From the NCBI GenBank assembly GCA_037441905.1, contig JBBIRF010000012.1:1-62704 (forward strand): DNA of 62,704 nt, written 5' to 3'. The notes under the pieces were generated by a model, which worked only from the letters and a program-made list of their open reading frames with translations, was not told the origin of the DNA and did no database searches. Both the position numbers and the translations under genes were made by a program. Of this stretch, positions 26,904 to 37,108 are shown in pieces. How positions within the stretch are numbered: position 1 is the stretch's first letter; every line of letters begins with the position of its first letter. Origin of the DNA: Candidatus Aminicenantes bacterium (GTDB lineage Bacteria > Acidobacteriota > Aminicenantia > Aminicenantales > CALLJL01).

Positions 26904-28307
26904 TTATTCGGGAAGTGAATGGAGTGGCCGGCCAAGCGCTTTGAGGCCGGCTTCCGCGAGGGCTTCGGCTAAGGTTGGATGAACGTGAACCGTCCGCGCT
27001 AAGTCTTCGAGTTTGAGCCTCAGCCTGACGGCGAGGGTCATCTCGCCTATGATCTCGGAAGCAGCCGGCGCCAGAAGGTGAGCTCCCAGGAGGCGGTCAT
27101 CTTCATCGGCAATAACCTTAACCAGGCCTTCAGGTTTTTCCATGGCGACAGCCCGGCCGCTTGCCTGGAGCGGGAAAATGCCAACTTTGAACCTAATGCC
27201 TCTTTCGTGCGCCTCTTCTTCCGAGAGACCAACCGAGGCGAGCTCCGGGTCAGTAAAAACAGCCATCGGAATAGTTGTCTGGTCAAAAGTGTTGGCGGCG
27301 CCGAAGGCATTTTCGACGGCCATGATTCCCTCGTGCATTGCCTTGTGAGCCAGCAACTTGCCGCCGATAAGGTCGCCCACAGCGTAGACTCCTGGCCAGG
27401 CTGTTTCCAGGAATTCATTAACTTTCACAAAACCCGCCCGGTCGCAAAGACCCGGCTCGAGCTGGGCAACTATTTCCGAGTTTGGCCGGCGGCCAGCAGC
27501 CAGCAAGACTAAATCCGCCTCGTAGGAAAAACCAGCGCTTGTTCGAAGGCAAGTACCGCTCAGCCTGACTCCTGAGGTCAAAACTTCCGCTTTTTCCACC
27601 CGCATTTCCGTCTGAATGTCGAGCCCCTGACGTTTCAAGAGCCGGCCAAGCCTTTCGGCTAACTGACGGTCGGCGCCAGGAAGCGGCCGGGGAAGGATTT
27701 CGAGAATAGTTACCTTGGTTCCGACCCGGAAAAAAATCGAGCCCATCTCAAGGCCAATCGCCCCGGCGCCGATGATGATCAGACGCTCGGGGGGAGAAAC
27801 AACCTCGAGGGCCTCGCGGCTGGTGAGGACTTTTTTCCCGTCAGCTTGTAAACAGGGAAGGTTGGCCGAACGACTTCCTGTCGCTAGAATTAATTTTTCT
27901 GGTTCAACCGAGACCTCGCCTTCTTCGGTTTCCACGGCCAGCAATTTCTGGTCAATCAGCCGGGCTCGCCCTTTGATCAATTGAACGTTATTCCGCTCGA
28001 GCAAGAACTCAATTCCTTTAACCAGACGGTCGACAACGGCTTGCCTCGTTTTTTGCACTCCGGCCCAATCAAGCTCGAGGTGGCTTGCGCCTCTAATCCG
28101 GCTGTTTTTGCGGGCCTCGCTCCAAACCTGGGTTTCATGAAGTAAGAACTTGGTGGGAATGCATCCGTAGTTAGTGCAGGTGCCTCCGACCCTGTCTTCC
28201 TCGACCAGAACGACTTGACGCCGGAGCTGGGCGCCGCGCAGGGCGGCCACATACCCTCCCGGACCTCCGCCGATTATCGCCAGCTCAGCCTTAATTCTTT
28301 TTTCCAT
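26904..28307 (-). CDS. lpdA: Dihydrolipoamide dehydrogenase
   Basis: GGGPGGYVAA, GGTCTNYGCIPTK redox disulfide, GAGAIGLE, LAHKA, HVHPTLAE. Confidence 0.93.
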   Translation of the reverse strand: MEKRIKAELAIIGGGPGGYVAALRGAQLRRQVVLVEEDRVGGTCTNYGCIPTKFLLHETQVWSEARKNSRIRGASHLELDWAGVQKTRQAVVDRLVKGIEFLLERNNVQLIKGRARLIDQKLLAVETEEGEVSVEPEKLILATGSRSANLPCLQADGKKVLTSREALEVVSPPERLIIIGAGAIGLEMGSIFFRVGTKVTILEILPRPLPGADRQLAERLGRLLKRQGLDIQTEMRVEKAEVLTSGVRLSGTCLRTSAGFSYEADLVLLAAGRRPNSEIVAQLEPGLCDRAGFVKVNEFLETAWPGVYAVGDLIGGKLLAHKAMHEGIMAVENAFGAANTFDQTTIPMAVFTDPELASVGLSEEEAHERGIRFKVGIFPLQASGRAVAMEKPEGLVKVIADEDDRLLGAHLLAPAASEIIGEMTLAVRLRLKLEDLARTVHVHPTLAEALAEAGLKALGRPLHSLPE

Positions 28308-28456
28308 CGGCCAAACTCCACCTGAAATTTCTTTTCTCCCCTAATCTATCATTTTCTGGCCGTTGTTAAAACCTCTCGGCTAAGTCTTTTCTTGACAGAT
28401 AGAGGTTAAACCAGAAAAAATAGGGCGATTTTAATCGTTAGGCGAAAGAAGTTAGG

Positions 28457-31258
28457 TTGCGGCATAGAAAACGTTGGCCGGCGAAGAGCAACTTTAAACT
28501 ATTTTTATTCGTTGGCCTGTTTGCCGCCAGCTTTCCGGCAAGGTTGCTTCCGGCTATAAACTTTGGTTCCATCCACATCCAGCTTGTTAACCCCCCCTCA
28601 CCTCCTTCCGAAATTGCTGTTTCCTTGACCGCAGAGTTTCTGTCTCGCCCGCTGGTTCGTTATCCCGATTCCTCGGGTAACGCCGTTTTCATGGGGTTAC
28701 CGCCCGGGTTTTACTCGCTTCGCCTTCAGGGGCTCAACCAAAAGGAATGGAAACACGACATTGTCCTTGAGCCAGGTCAGTTTCTTCATCTCGAGGTTAA
28801 GCTCGTCGATTTTTCGGAAAAGCCTGCGGTCGAAAGTTTCGACCTTGAAGACATCGGCGCCCAGACAGTCATTTCTCGGCATCAGCTGGCTGCGCTGCCC
28901 TCGGCCGATAACCTCTGGTCAGTCCTCGAAAACCAGGACCTTTCAGCCACTACCAACCGAATTGACCCGGCGGGCTTGTGGGCCGACCATCCGGTGCTTT
29001 TCAGCGCTCGCGGGGCTACGTCATGGACGCAGAATGAAATCAAGCTCAACGGGTTTGATGTCACCGAGCCTTATTTTGGCGGAACTCCCATGTTTCTCCC
29101 AGACCTGGCCGCTCTTGAGGCCATCCGGCACCGTAACGCCATGCATCCAGCCTCGGCCACTGCTTCCGGCGGCCAGCTCTATCTCGAACCCCGAAGGGGA
29201 GGTAACGTTTTCCGAGCCGGGAGTAGCTATGCTTTAATCCAGCCTTCCTTTTCGGCCAACAACCTCACTCCGGCCTTAGAAAAAGAAGGCATAACCGAGA
29301 GCCATACTTTTGGTCACGACCGCAAACTTCGGCTTTGGGTTTCCGGTCCCTTCTCTTCGGGCCAGCGTTTTTTCTTGAGCCTCCAGACCCAGCAGCTCAG
29401 CCGCAACCTCGCTGCCTACCCGGGAGAAAACCGCAGCCGCTGGGTTTCAGGCATCGCCCGGGTCGACCATGAAGCGGACGCTGGGGTATTTACTTTATTC
29501 TGGACTGGCCAGCAAGTAGTCGAAGAAGAGGCCGGGGCAGGAAGAAACATCGCTCCCGAGGCTACCCTCAAAGCAAAGCAAACGTCTCATGTGGCTCAAT
29601 TTTTCTGGCAAACATCGCCGGGAAGCCGCGCTGCGCTCAAATCGGGAATTAGCCTGAGTTATCAAAAAACTTCGACTCGACCTTATGCTCACTCGGCTTC
29701 GTATTCCAGCCGGGAAATTTTCCGGCCGTTGGTATGGGCGGCGCCGGCTCGCTATGGTGACCAGGAAAAATGGCACCTGAACTTTGTCTTCGCCGGGAAT
29801 ATGCTTTTTAGGTTACCGTCTTCCTCCCACCATCGGCTTGATTTCGGGCTGGAAGCTTCCTGGAGGTCGAACGCGGAAGAATCGCGGGTTCCTGGCGGAA
29901 CTCATCTTCTTTTTCTTGAGGGGGAACCGACGGAGGTGGCTTTTTTCACCCCTCCAGCCAAGGAACGCGAACAGGGGCTAAACGTGAGCTTCTATTTTGA
30001 AGATACCTGGAATTTCGCCGGCCGCCTTATCCTGACCGCTGGCGGTCGGGTATCGCTTTCTCGAGGCTGGAGCCCGGCTCAGGCCGAAGTCAGGTCTTTT
30101 GGCGGGTTTACTAACTCTTCTTCTTCCCGGGTCGAATGGCTTAATTTCTTGCCGCAAGCGAGCCTCGCCCTTCCCTTTCAGCAGGGGAAAAAGGGCTTTT
30201 TAAAAATTTATTATGGCCAAACCGCCCTTTCCCTTCCGCTGAACTACCTCCGGTGGGGAAATTCAAATGCCGAGGGATGTTTGATTTATTCCTGGAACGA
30301 CCTTAACGGAAATCACCGCCTGGAATCTCAGGAGGTCGGCCGCCTTCTCCGCCGGGAAGGACCTTTCTTCTCCCGAGTGGACGCGAACTTAAAACGACCC
30401 GTGACGACTGAATTCTCGGCCAGCCTGGTGCTAAGGCTAAAACAGGATTATTTTTTCAGTCTCTCAGGTTTCACCAGGCTTACAAAAAACCTGATTGAAA
30501 CCGAAAATATCGGTGTCCCGGGGTCGGCCTACGAAAAACTGATTCTCGAAGATAGCGGGGACGACCGCATCTGGGGAACCCATGACGACCTGAGCCTGCC
30601 GCTTTTTAACCGCTTGGCTTCAAGCTTGGGCAAGGATTTCTTCTTTCTCACCAACCCTGATGCGGCCAACCGGACTTCCCGCTACCGCGGACTCGACCTT
30701 GTTTTCCTCCGCCGCTTCTGCACTCGAGAGGTTCTCTACTTTTCCTTTACGGCCACAGAGGCTTTCGGGACTACAAGCCCCGGAAATACCGAATGGGAAA
30801 ATGACGACGCTCTAATCGGCTGGCTTTATGATGACCCTAATTCATTGCTCAACGCCCGGGGAAGACTGCGGTTCGACCGAGCCTACACCGTCCGTCTGGG
30901 CATGACGCTTAACCTTCCCGCGGGGTTTCGGGCCGGGTTAATTCTCAAGTATTACGACGGCCAACCATTTACCCGTAAAATCCTGGTATCAAACCTGAAC
31001 CAGGGGCCAATCTACCTCCAGGCTTTTCCGCGAGGAATTGCCCGGTATGAGTTCAACATGACGGCTGATGCCCGGCTGGAGAAGACCATTCCGGTGGGCG
31101 GCGGGAAATTTCAGTTTTTCCTCGAAGGATACAACCTGTTTAACCAGCATCTGGCGACCGAAGAAAACGAATGGACATCCGACCTGTTTCCGCTACGCTA
31201 CGCCACTGAAATTCAAACTCCCCGAGTTCTTCGGCTGGGGTTGAAGGTTGAATTCTAA
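28457..31258 (+). CDS. TonB-dependent-receptor-like outer-membrane protein with an N-terminal carboxypeptidase-regulatory-like domain
   Basis: GLPPGFYSL, plug-like NGFDVTEP, amphipathic strands, YNLFN...PRVLRLGLKVEF terminal-Phe motif. Confidence 0.8.
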   Translation: MRHRKRWPAKSNFKLFLFVGLFAASFPARLLPAINFGSIHIQLVNPPSPPSEIAVSLTAEFLSRPLVRYPDSSGNAVFMGLPPGFYSLRLQGLNQKEWKHDIVLEPGQFLHLEVKLVDFSEKPAVESFDLEDIGAQTVISRHQLAALPSADNLWSVLENQDLSATTNRIDPAGLWADHPVLFSARGATSWTQNEIKLNGFDVTEPYFGGTPMFLPDLAALEAIRHRNAMHPASATASGGQLYLEPRRGGNVFRAGSSYALIQPSFSANNLTPALEKEGITESHTFGHDRKLRLWVSGPFSSGQRFFLSLQTQQLSRNLAAYPGENRSRWVSGIARVDHEADAGVFTLFWTGQQVVEEEAGAGRNIAPEATLKAKQTSHVAQFFWQTSPGSRAALKSGISLSYQKTSTRPYAHSASYSSREIFRPLVWAAPARYGDQEKWHLNFVFAGNMLFRLPSSSHHRLDFGLEASWRSNAEESRVPGGTHLLFLEGEPTEVAFFTPPAKEREQGLNVSFYFEDTWNFAGRLILTAGGRVSLSRGWSPAQAEVRSFGGFTNSSSSRVEWLNFLPQASLALPFQQGKKGFLKIYYGQTALSLPLNYLRWGNSNAEGCLIYSWNDLNGNHRLESQEVGRLLRREGPFFSRVDANLKRPVTTEFSASLVLRLKQDYFFSLSGFTRLTKNLIETENIGVPGSAYEKLILEDSGDDRIWGTHDDLSLPLFNRLASSLGKDFFFLTNPDAANRTSRYRGLDLVFLRRFCTREVLYFSFTATEAFGTTSPGNTEWENDDALIGWLYDDPNSLLNARGRLRFDRAYTVRLGMTLNLPAGFRAGLILKYYDGQPFTRKILVSNLNQGPIYLQAFPRGIARYEFNMTADARLEKTIPVGGGKFQFFLEGYNLFNQHLATEENEWTSDLFPLRYATEIQTPRVLRLGLKVEF

Positions 31259-31298
31259 AGGTGTATAGAGAGAAAGCGGCGGAGAGGTTAAAGAAAAG

Positions 31299-32177
31299 AT
31301 GAACGCAGAAAAACCGCAAGGTCCCGAACGAAGCCGCAGCCCGAAGAAGTCGAAAAACAGGCTATTTTATATTAACTCTATCGGCTCTATTGGAATTATA
31401 TTATTTATTTTTCTTTTGCCCGACATCCTGACCGCGCAGCCGTTATTCATCTTCCGGCCGCGGCAGCCGATTAAGCCCCTCTGGGAAACGAGTCGGCTCA
31501 CCCTCCGCGGCGAGTTTTTCGCCAGCCTCCTCCTTCCTTCGAATTTTCCGAGCTTCAACGACTTGACCGGCAACGAGGACCGCTGGAACTTCGGTTTTCA
31601 GAATTTTCTTGACCTGACAGCATCAACCCACCTTTTAGCCCAGCTCGTAACTCACGACGACGGACAGAACCGGACCAAGTTTGACTGGCATTTTTCTCTC
31701 CGCCAGGAAATAGGCCGGCATTTTTTCCTCCTGGCTGGTCATGATAGCAACCACGACTCCGACCATCAGAGTATTTTTAACGGCCGGCCTTATTACCTCA
31801 ACCGCAATTATATCGGGTTCGGGCTGATTTTTGCTTCCAGCCACCTCCTTTTCGAACCTTTCACCTGGTTTTTCCACCACACCAACCAGCGCTCGCACCT
31901 CGACTTCTCGGGAGAGAAGCTCGAGCAGGAGTACGGGTTCCGACTGGGGATATCCCTGACCCCTGAATTAACCTTAAGCTTCCAGGCAATTTTCCAGTCC
32001 GACGTCATTTTGGCCCGCGGCCAGAGTTTGCTCGCCGACCTCATCCTCCGGCTCCAGCTCGCCCGCTGGTTAGAAATTTCCGGCGGCGCCAGTTTCTGGA
32101 GGGATATTTCTGCCAGTCGGCTTGGCAACCAGGAATCTTTTTATAAGATTATCTGGGGAATGGCTATCCCCTTTTAG
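31299..32177 (+). CDS. Hypothetical protein, probable outer-membrane beta-barrel
   Basis: Signal-like segment, alternating aromatic/hydrophobic strands, C-terminal WGMAIPF. Confidence 0.6.
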   Translation: MNAEKPQGPERSRSPKKSKNRLFYINSIGSIGIILFIFLLPDILTAQPLFIFRPRQPIKPLWETSRLTLRGEFFASLLLPSNFPSFNDLTGNEDRWNFGFQNFLDLTASTHLLAQLVTHDDGQNRTKFDWHFSLRQEIGRHFFLLAGHDSNHDSDHQSIFNGRPYYLNRNYIGFGLIFASSHLLFEPFTWFFHHTNQRSHLDFSGEKLEQEYGFRLGISLTPELTLSFQAIFQSDVILARGQSLLADLILRLQLARWLEISGGASFWRDISASRLGNQESFYKIIWGMAIPF

Positions 32178-32195
32178 TTGAGTTAAGGAGGGCCG

Positions 32196-34208
32196 ATGCT
32201 TTCAACCACCGAAAAATTAATTTTTGCTCTCATCCTCCTCGGCACTCTGGTGGCTTTTTTCCATCCTGTCATCCGCCGTATCCAAATCATCGGCCGAGGC
32301 CGACCGCTTCCTCGGTCGGATAATTTAGGCCGACGAATTGTCCGCATGCTCAACCGCGTCCTGCTCCAGAGGTGTGCTTTAAGAAACGAACGGGTGGTAA
32401 CCGGACTCGTCCATGCCGGGCTTTTTTACGCCGCCCTTACTTTTGACACGATGACAGTCAACCACACTTTCGAAGGGTTTGTCGCCAATTTCTCGCTTTT
32501 TGGTCATGGCCCTGCGGGCGCGGCCGTCTCTTTTCTGATTGACATCATGGCGTTAGTCGTCCTTTTCGCCACGATTTACTTAGGAATCCGGCGATTTGTC
32601 AGCCGGCCGGCCGCGTTAAGAACCTCAGCCGCCGATTCAGCCATCATTTACTTTTTTCTTGCGGCCACCACTTTAAGCTACCTTTTCTTCGAGGCCAGTC
32701 AGGTGGCTGCCTTTCCTAAGGTTCATCGCCTGTCTTTTCTCGGCCCGCCGCTCAGCCGCTTTCTCTTCGGAGGTGCCGGCGATAGTCTTCAACTCCAGGC
32801 CACGGCGCGGCTTGCCTGGTGGGTTCATTTAATAATTGTTTATGCTTTCATTGCTTATGTCCCGCATTCGAAATATTTCCATATGTTCGCCGGGCCGGCT
32901 AATCTAATTTTTAAAAGGAAAGAGAGCCCGGCTGAAATCCAGCCGCTCGACCTCGAAAAAACAGAAATCTACGGCGTGGAAAAAGCGGCCGACCTCACCT
33001 GGAAAGATTCGCTCGATGCCTTCGCCTGCATCGAATGCGGCCGCTGTCAGGATGTGTGCCCGGCCTTCGCCACCGGGAAACCGCTTTCCCCCAAGATGAT
33101 CATCTACAACCTCGAACGACACCTCCTGCGCTCTTATCGCCAGCTCCGGCGGGGTGAACGAGGCGAATTACCCAACCTTGTTCCCGGTATCATTGCCCCG
33201 GATGAAATCTGGACATGTACCACCTGCGGTGCCTGCATGCATGTCTGCCCGGTGGAGATTGAACACTTGCCGAAGGTCTTCGGGTTGAGACAAAGCCAGG
33301 TCCTGATGGAAAGCCAGTTCCCGGCAGAGCTCAATTCCTTCTTCCGGAACCTCGAAACCAACGGTAACCCCTGGGGCATCGGGTTTGCCCGTCGGGCGGA
33401 ATGGGCGGAAAAAGAAAACATCCCGCTGGCCGCCGAATTAAACGAGGTAGAACTGCTTCTTTTCGTCGGCTGCGCCGGTTCGTTTGACGAGACAGGACAA
33501 GCCGTGGCGCGGTCGCTCGTCCGACTCCTGCGGCAAGCAGGCATAAAATTCGCAATTCTGGGCGAGGAAGAAAAATGTTGCGGCGATGCCGCCCGCCGTC
33601 TGGGTAATGAATACCTCTTCCAGCTGCTGGCTCGCCAGAATCTCGAACTGTTGGCTAAATACCGTGTCCGCCGAATTCTCGTTTTCTGTCCCCACGGCTA
33701 TCATACCTTGAAGTATGAATACCCGCGGCTCCTTCATCTGTTTACTGACCTGCCCGCCTCAGAGCGCGAGTTTTTGCAAACCATCGAGGTCGTCTCCCAT
33801 CTCGAATTATTCAATTCCTTAGTCAAAGAAAAAAAGCTTCGGTTCAAAGAATCGGCCGAGGTAGTGACGCTGCACGATTCTTGTTATTTCGGAAGGCACC
33901 ATCAGCTGACCTCCGAGCCCAGGAAGCTTCTCAAGTCAGTCCCCGGAGTGAAAATAAGAGAGCTTCGCCAGCACGGCGAGCACAGCTTTTGCTGCGGCGC
34001 TGGCGGCGGGTTGATGTGGACCGAGGAAAAAATTGGCGAAAGAATAAACCGGGTGCGGAGCCGAGAAGTCGCCCGAAGCGGCGCCGCAAAGGCAATCACC
34101 ACCTGTCCCTTCTGCCTGACGATGATTCGTGACGGCCTTAAAGACCTGGGCGAAGAAGACCTTCAGGTGGTTGAAATCAGCCAGTTTCTCGCCAGTAATT
34201 TATCCTGA
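32196..34208 (+). CDS. Membrane Fe-S oxidoreductase, FadF/HdrD-like (TM domain + 2x4Fe-4S + CCG domains)
   Basis: CIECGRCQDVCP, CTTCGACMHVCP, FVGC...CCG...CPH, HDSCY...CCGAGGG...CPFC. Confidence 0.9.
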   Translation: MLSTTEKLIFALILLGTLVAFFHPVIRRIQIIGRGRPLPRSDNLGRRIVRMLNRVLLQRCALRNERVVTGLVHAGLFYAALTFDTMTVNHTFEGFVANFSLFGHGPAGAAVSFLIDIMALVVLFATIYLGIRRFVSRPAALRTSAADSAIIYFFLAATTLSYLFFEASQVAAFPKVHRLSFLGPPLSRFLFGGAGDSLQLQATARLAWWVHLIIVYAFIAYVPHSKYFHMFAGPANLIFKRKESPAEIQPLDLEKTEIYGVEKAADLTWKDSLDAFACIECGRCQDVCPAFATGKPLSPKMIIYNLERHLLRSYRQLRRGERGELPNLVPGIIAPDEIWTCTTCGACMHVCPVEIEHLPKVFGLRQSQVLMESQFPAELNSFFRNLETNGNPWGIGFARRAEWAEKENIPLAAELNEVELLLFVGCAGSFDETGQAVARSLVRLLRQAGIKFAILGEEEKCCGDAARRLGNEYLFQLLARQNLELLAKYRVRRILVFCPHGYHTLKYEYPRLLHLFTDLPASEREFLQTIEVVSHLELFNSLVKEKKLRFKESAEVVTLHDSCYFGRHHQLTSEPRKLLKSVPGVKIRELRQHGEHSFCCGAGGGLMWTEEKIGERINRVRSREVARSGAAKAITTCPFCLTMIRDGLKDLGEEDLQVVEISQFLASNLS

Positions 34209-34389
34209 AAAAGCGGCTCACAACTTCAGCCGTCAGTTATCCGTCACGACATCTTATTCTCGGGTTTTATCCTCAGGTGGTGTCTTGGCGGTTTAATTTG
34301 TTTATCTTCTTAAATAACCCTTCTGACCAAAAAGCTTATCTTCCCAGAAGCAAAATTCCCTCTGAGCTTAGCCGAAGAAAAATATTAAA

Positions 34390-35427
34390 TTAATGGGTAA
34401 GAAGAGAAGTGAAAGCTTCAATAGCGCGGTCAACGTCTTCGTCGTCAACATCCTTATGGGTAACAAACCGGATGCCGCCTGAGACGGGCAGAGCCAGGAT
34501 ACGCCTTTTCTTGAGTTCATCCAGAAAAGCCGGGATACTCCAGCGGGGATGATTGAGCCCGAAAATGATGATATTGGTTTCGACCTCTTCCGGGTTTAAG
34601 CTGATGCCAGGAAGTTCGGCTATCGCCCGGGCGAGCCTCTTTGCCCGGTCATGGTCTTCTTTCAGCCTGTCTACCATTTTGGTGAGGGCGATAAGACCGC
34701 AAGCAGCTAACACGCCGGCCTGCCGCATCCCCCCGCCCAGGGCTTTTCTCACCCTTCTTGCCTGGTCGATAAAATCTTTCGGGCCGGCAAGCATCGACCC
34801 TACCGGGGCGGAGAGCCCTTTGGAGAGACAGAACATGACGGAATCAACCTGGCGGGCATATTCCTTTACCGGGACTCCTGAGGCCAAGCTGGCGTTAAAA
34901 ATTCGCGCCCCGTCAAGATGGATTTTTACCCCGAAGCGGTCGGCCACCTCCCTGATGGCTTTGATATTTTCAAGCGGCAAGACAGCGCCCGACCAGTTAT
35001 TATGCGTGTTTTCCAGACAGATGAGCGAGGTCCGCGGCGTGTGGACCGAAGCCTGCCTGATATTCCTGGCGACATCATTCGGGTCCATGGCACCGCGCCA
35101 GGAAGGCAGCGGCCGCGGGTTAACCCGGGAAATAAAAGTCAGATGCGTTGATTCCATGTTATAAATATGACAGCGAGCCTCAAGGATTACTTCCTCAAGT
35201 TCTCTTGTCCAGACTTTAACCGCCACCGCATTGCCCATCGTCCCTGAAGGAACATAAAGAGCGGCTTCTTTGCCCATTATCGAGGCGGCCAGCGCCTCGA
35301 GTTTCTGGACAGTCGGGTCATCGCCGAGCACGTCGTCGCCCACTTCAGCCTCAGCCATCGCCCGCCGCATTTCTTCGGTTGGTTTAGTTACCGTGTCACT
35401 CCGAAAATCAGACCATTTTTCCATCAT
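34390..35427 (-). CDS. ltaE: Low-specificity L-threonine aldolase
   Basis: [43 protein letters not shown]. Start re-set to the ATG at 35427/35424 after the GAAGGAG RBS. Confidence 0.93.
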   Translation of the reverse strand: MMEKWSDFRSDTVTKPTEEMRRAMAEAEVGDDVLGDDPTVQKLEALAASIMGKEAALYVPSGTMGNAVAVKVWTRELEEVILEARCHIYNMESTHLTFISRVNPRPLPSWRGAMDPNDVARNIRQASVHTPRTSLICLENTHNNWSGAVLPLENIKAIREVADRFGVKIHLDGARIFNASLASGVPVKEYARQVDSVMFCLSKGLSAPVGSMLAGPKDFIDQARRVRKALGGGMRQAGVLAACGLIALTKMVDRLKEDHDRAKRLARAIAELPGISLNPEEVETNIIIFGLNHPRWSIPAFLDELKKRRILALPVSGGIRFVTHKDVDDEDVDRAIEAFTSLLTH

Positions 35428-35723
35428 TAACTCCTTCATCGTTTCCGAATTATTTCCTGGCTTTATTATGCCGCCCTTATTATATCCATTTCTTAAGAAT
35501 AAAGAGAAGGCTTTTAGATGAAAATGACCCTCGAGAGCAACGGCGGCCTCTTTTTCTTCTCTCTTTCTCAGCCGGAATTCCAGGAAACTCCGAAGAGACA
35601 TCGGGCGATAAAGAATTATCGGGCCTTTTATCTCGGAGCAGGTCAAAGCAGTCGCGTCTGGCTGATTTACACCCGCCACTTTATATGGTATAGATAGACC
35701 TGTTCGAAAAAAAATGGTTCCTT

Positions 35724-36440
35724 ATGGCCACAAAGAATATTATTAAAACTATTCTTCTTCTCGAGACCGGGCTTATTTTTTTCCTGGGTAGCGCGCTCGT
35801 AACTACCAGCCTCATTCTAAAAGGAGAAATAGTTACCGTCCCCGACCTCAAGGGAAAAACACCGGAGGAGGCCAGGACGCTCCTCAGCCGGAACCTCCTG
35901 TCTTTGAGCTTCGCGGGAACAGAATTCCACAGCGAGATAGAAAAAGGGTTAATCATTTCGCAAGACCCACCTGCCGGGTCTAAAATTAAAGCCAACCGCG
36001 TGGTTAAAGTTATCGTCTCGGCTGGAAGCGAAATGGTCGACATTCCCGACCTCGTCGGCAAGAGCCTTGAAGTGGCGGTGCAAACCCTGGCTTCTGTCGG
36101 GTTATCCCGCGGTATAATTTCCCAGATTCACACGCCACGGTATCCAGCCGGCCGCATAATTGCCCAGGAACCAAAGCCTGGGGGAAAAGTCAAACGAGAG
36201 ACCGCGATTAATCTACTAATCAGCCAGGGCGAGCAAGAGCTTAAGTATGTTATGCCAGACCTGATTGGCCGGAAGGCAGACCGCGTTCTCTCAAAACTCA
36301 AAGAGCTCGGGTTTAACGTGGGCAACGTCCGCAGCAGCTATTACCCCGGGCTTGAGCCGGGAATAATAATCAAGCAAACTCCGCCGCACGGCTACGCGGT
36401 CCAAAAAAGAAATTTAATTAGCCTGGAGGTAAGCAGATGA
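35724..36440 (+). CDS. PASTA-domain protein (TM + 3 PASTA repeats)
   Basis: VPDLKGK, IPDLVGK and MPDLIGR repeats, each followed by IIxQxP. Confidence 0.9.
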   Translation: MATKNIIKTILLLETGLIFFLGSALVTTSLILKGEIVTVPDLKGKTPEEARTLLSRNLLSLSFAGTEFHSEIEKGLIISQDPPAGSKIKANRVVKVIVSAGSEMVDIPDLVGKSLEVAVQTLASVGLSRGIISQIHTPRYPAGRIIAQEPKPGGKVKRETAINLLISQGEQELKYVMPDLIGRKADRVLSKLKELGFNVGNVRSSYYPGLEPGIIIKQTPPHGYAVQKRNLISLEVSR

Positions 36441-37108
36441 GTATCTTAATCGCTCCTTCTCTCTTGTCGGCTGATTTTGCCCGGCTGGGAGAAGCCGCTC
36501 AAACCGTGGCGGCGGCAGGCGCCGACCTTATCCATGTCGACATCATGGACGGCCATTTTGTGCCCACTCTAACATTTGGGCCGCAGCTCGTTAGTTCCTT
36601 AAAAAAAATCACTACCTTGCCGGTCTGGGTCCACCTGATGGTGGAGAAACCAGAAAACTTCATTCCTCAATTCCGGGAGGCAGGAGCTGACTGGATTTCT
36701 TTTCATGTAGAGGCTACAGCCCACGTCCACCGCGAGGTCTTGCGTCTGAAACAGCTTGGCGCCAAAGCCGGCCTTTCCCTTAACCCGGCCACCCCGATCC
36801 ATTTTTTAGCTGACATCCTGAAAGAACTTGATTTTGTCCTGTTGATGACCGTTAACCCGGGATGGGGTGGTCAAACTCTGATTGAGTCGACGCGTCATAA
36901 AATCCGGCTGCTCCACAACTGGATTCAAGGGCAAAAGCTCGAGACGCCGATAGCCGTCGACGGCGGAGTCACCCTGGAAAACATAGAATCGCTGGTCGAA
37001 GACGGTGTCGAAATCTTTGTCGCCGGAGCGACCATTTTCAGCCAGGAAAACCCGGCTGAAGTAGTTAAACAGATGAAGGCAATTGCTCGCCGGAGTCAGG
37101 GAAGATGA
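36437..37108 (+). CDS. rpe: Ribulose-phosphate 3-epimerase
   Basis: IAPSLLSADF, HVDIMDGHFVP, LMTVNPGWGGQ, VDGG. Confidence 0.97.
   Translation: MSILIAPSLLSADFARLGEAAQTVAAAGADLIHVDIMDGHFVPTLTFGPQLVSSLKKITTLPVWVHLMVEKPENFIPQFREAGADWISFHVEATAHVHREVLRLKQLGAKAGLSLNPATPIHFLADILKELDFVLLMTVNPGWGGQTLIESTRHKIRLLHNWIQGQKLETPIAVDGGVTLENIESLVEDGVEIFVAGATIFSQENPAEVVKQMKAIARRSQGR

Noticed and set aside
35428-35679. N-terminal extension of threonine aldolase
   Set aside because: Homology starts at [11 protein letters not shown], directly after a good RBS; the extension spans the divergent promoter region
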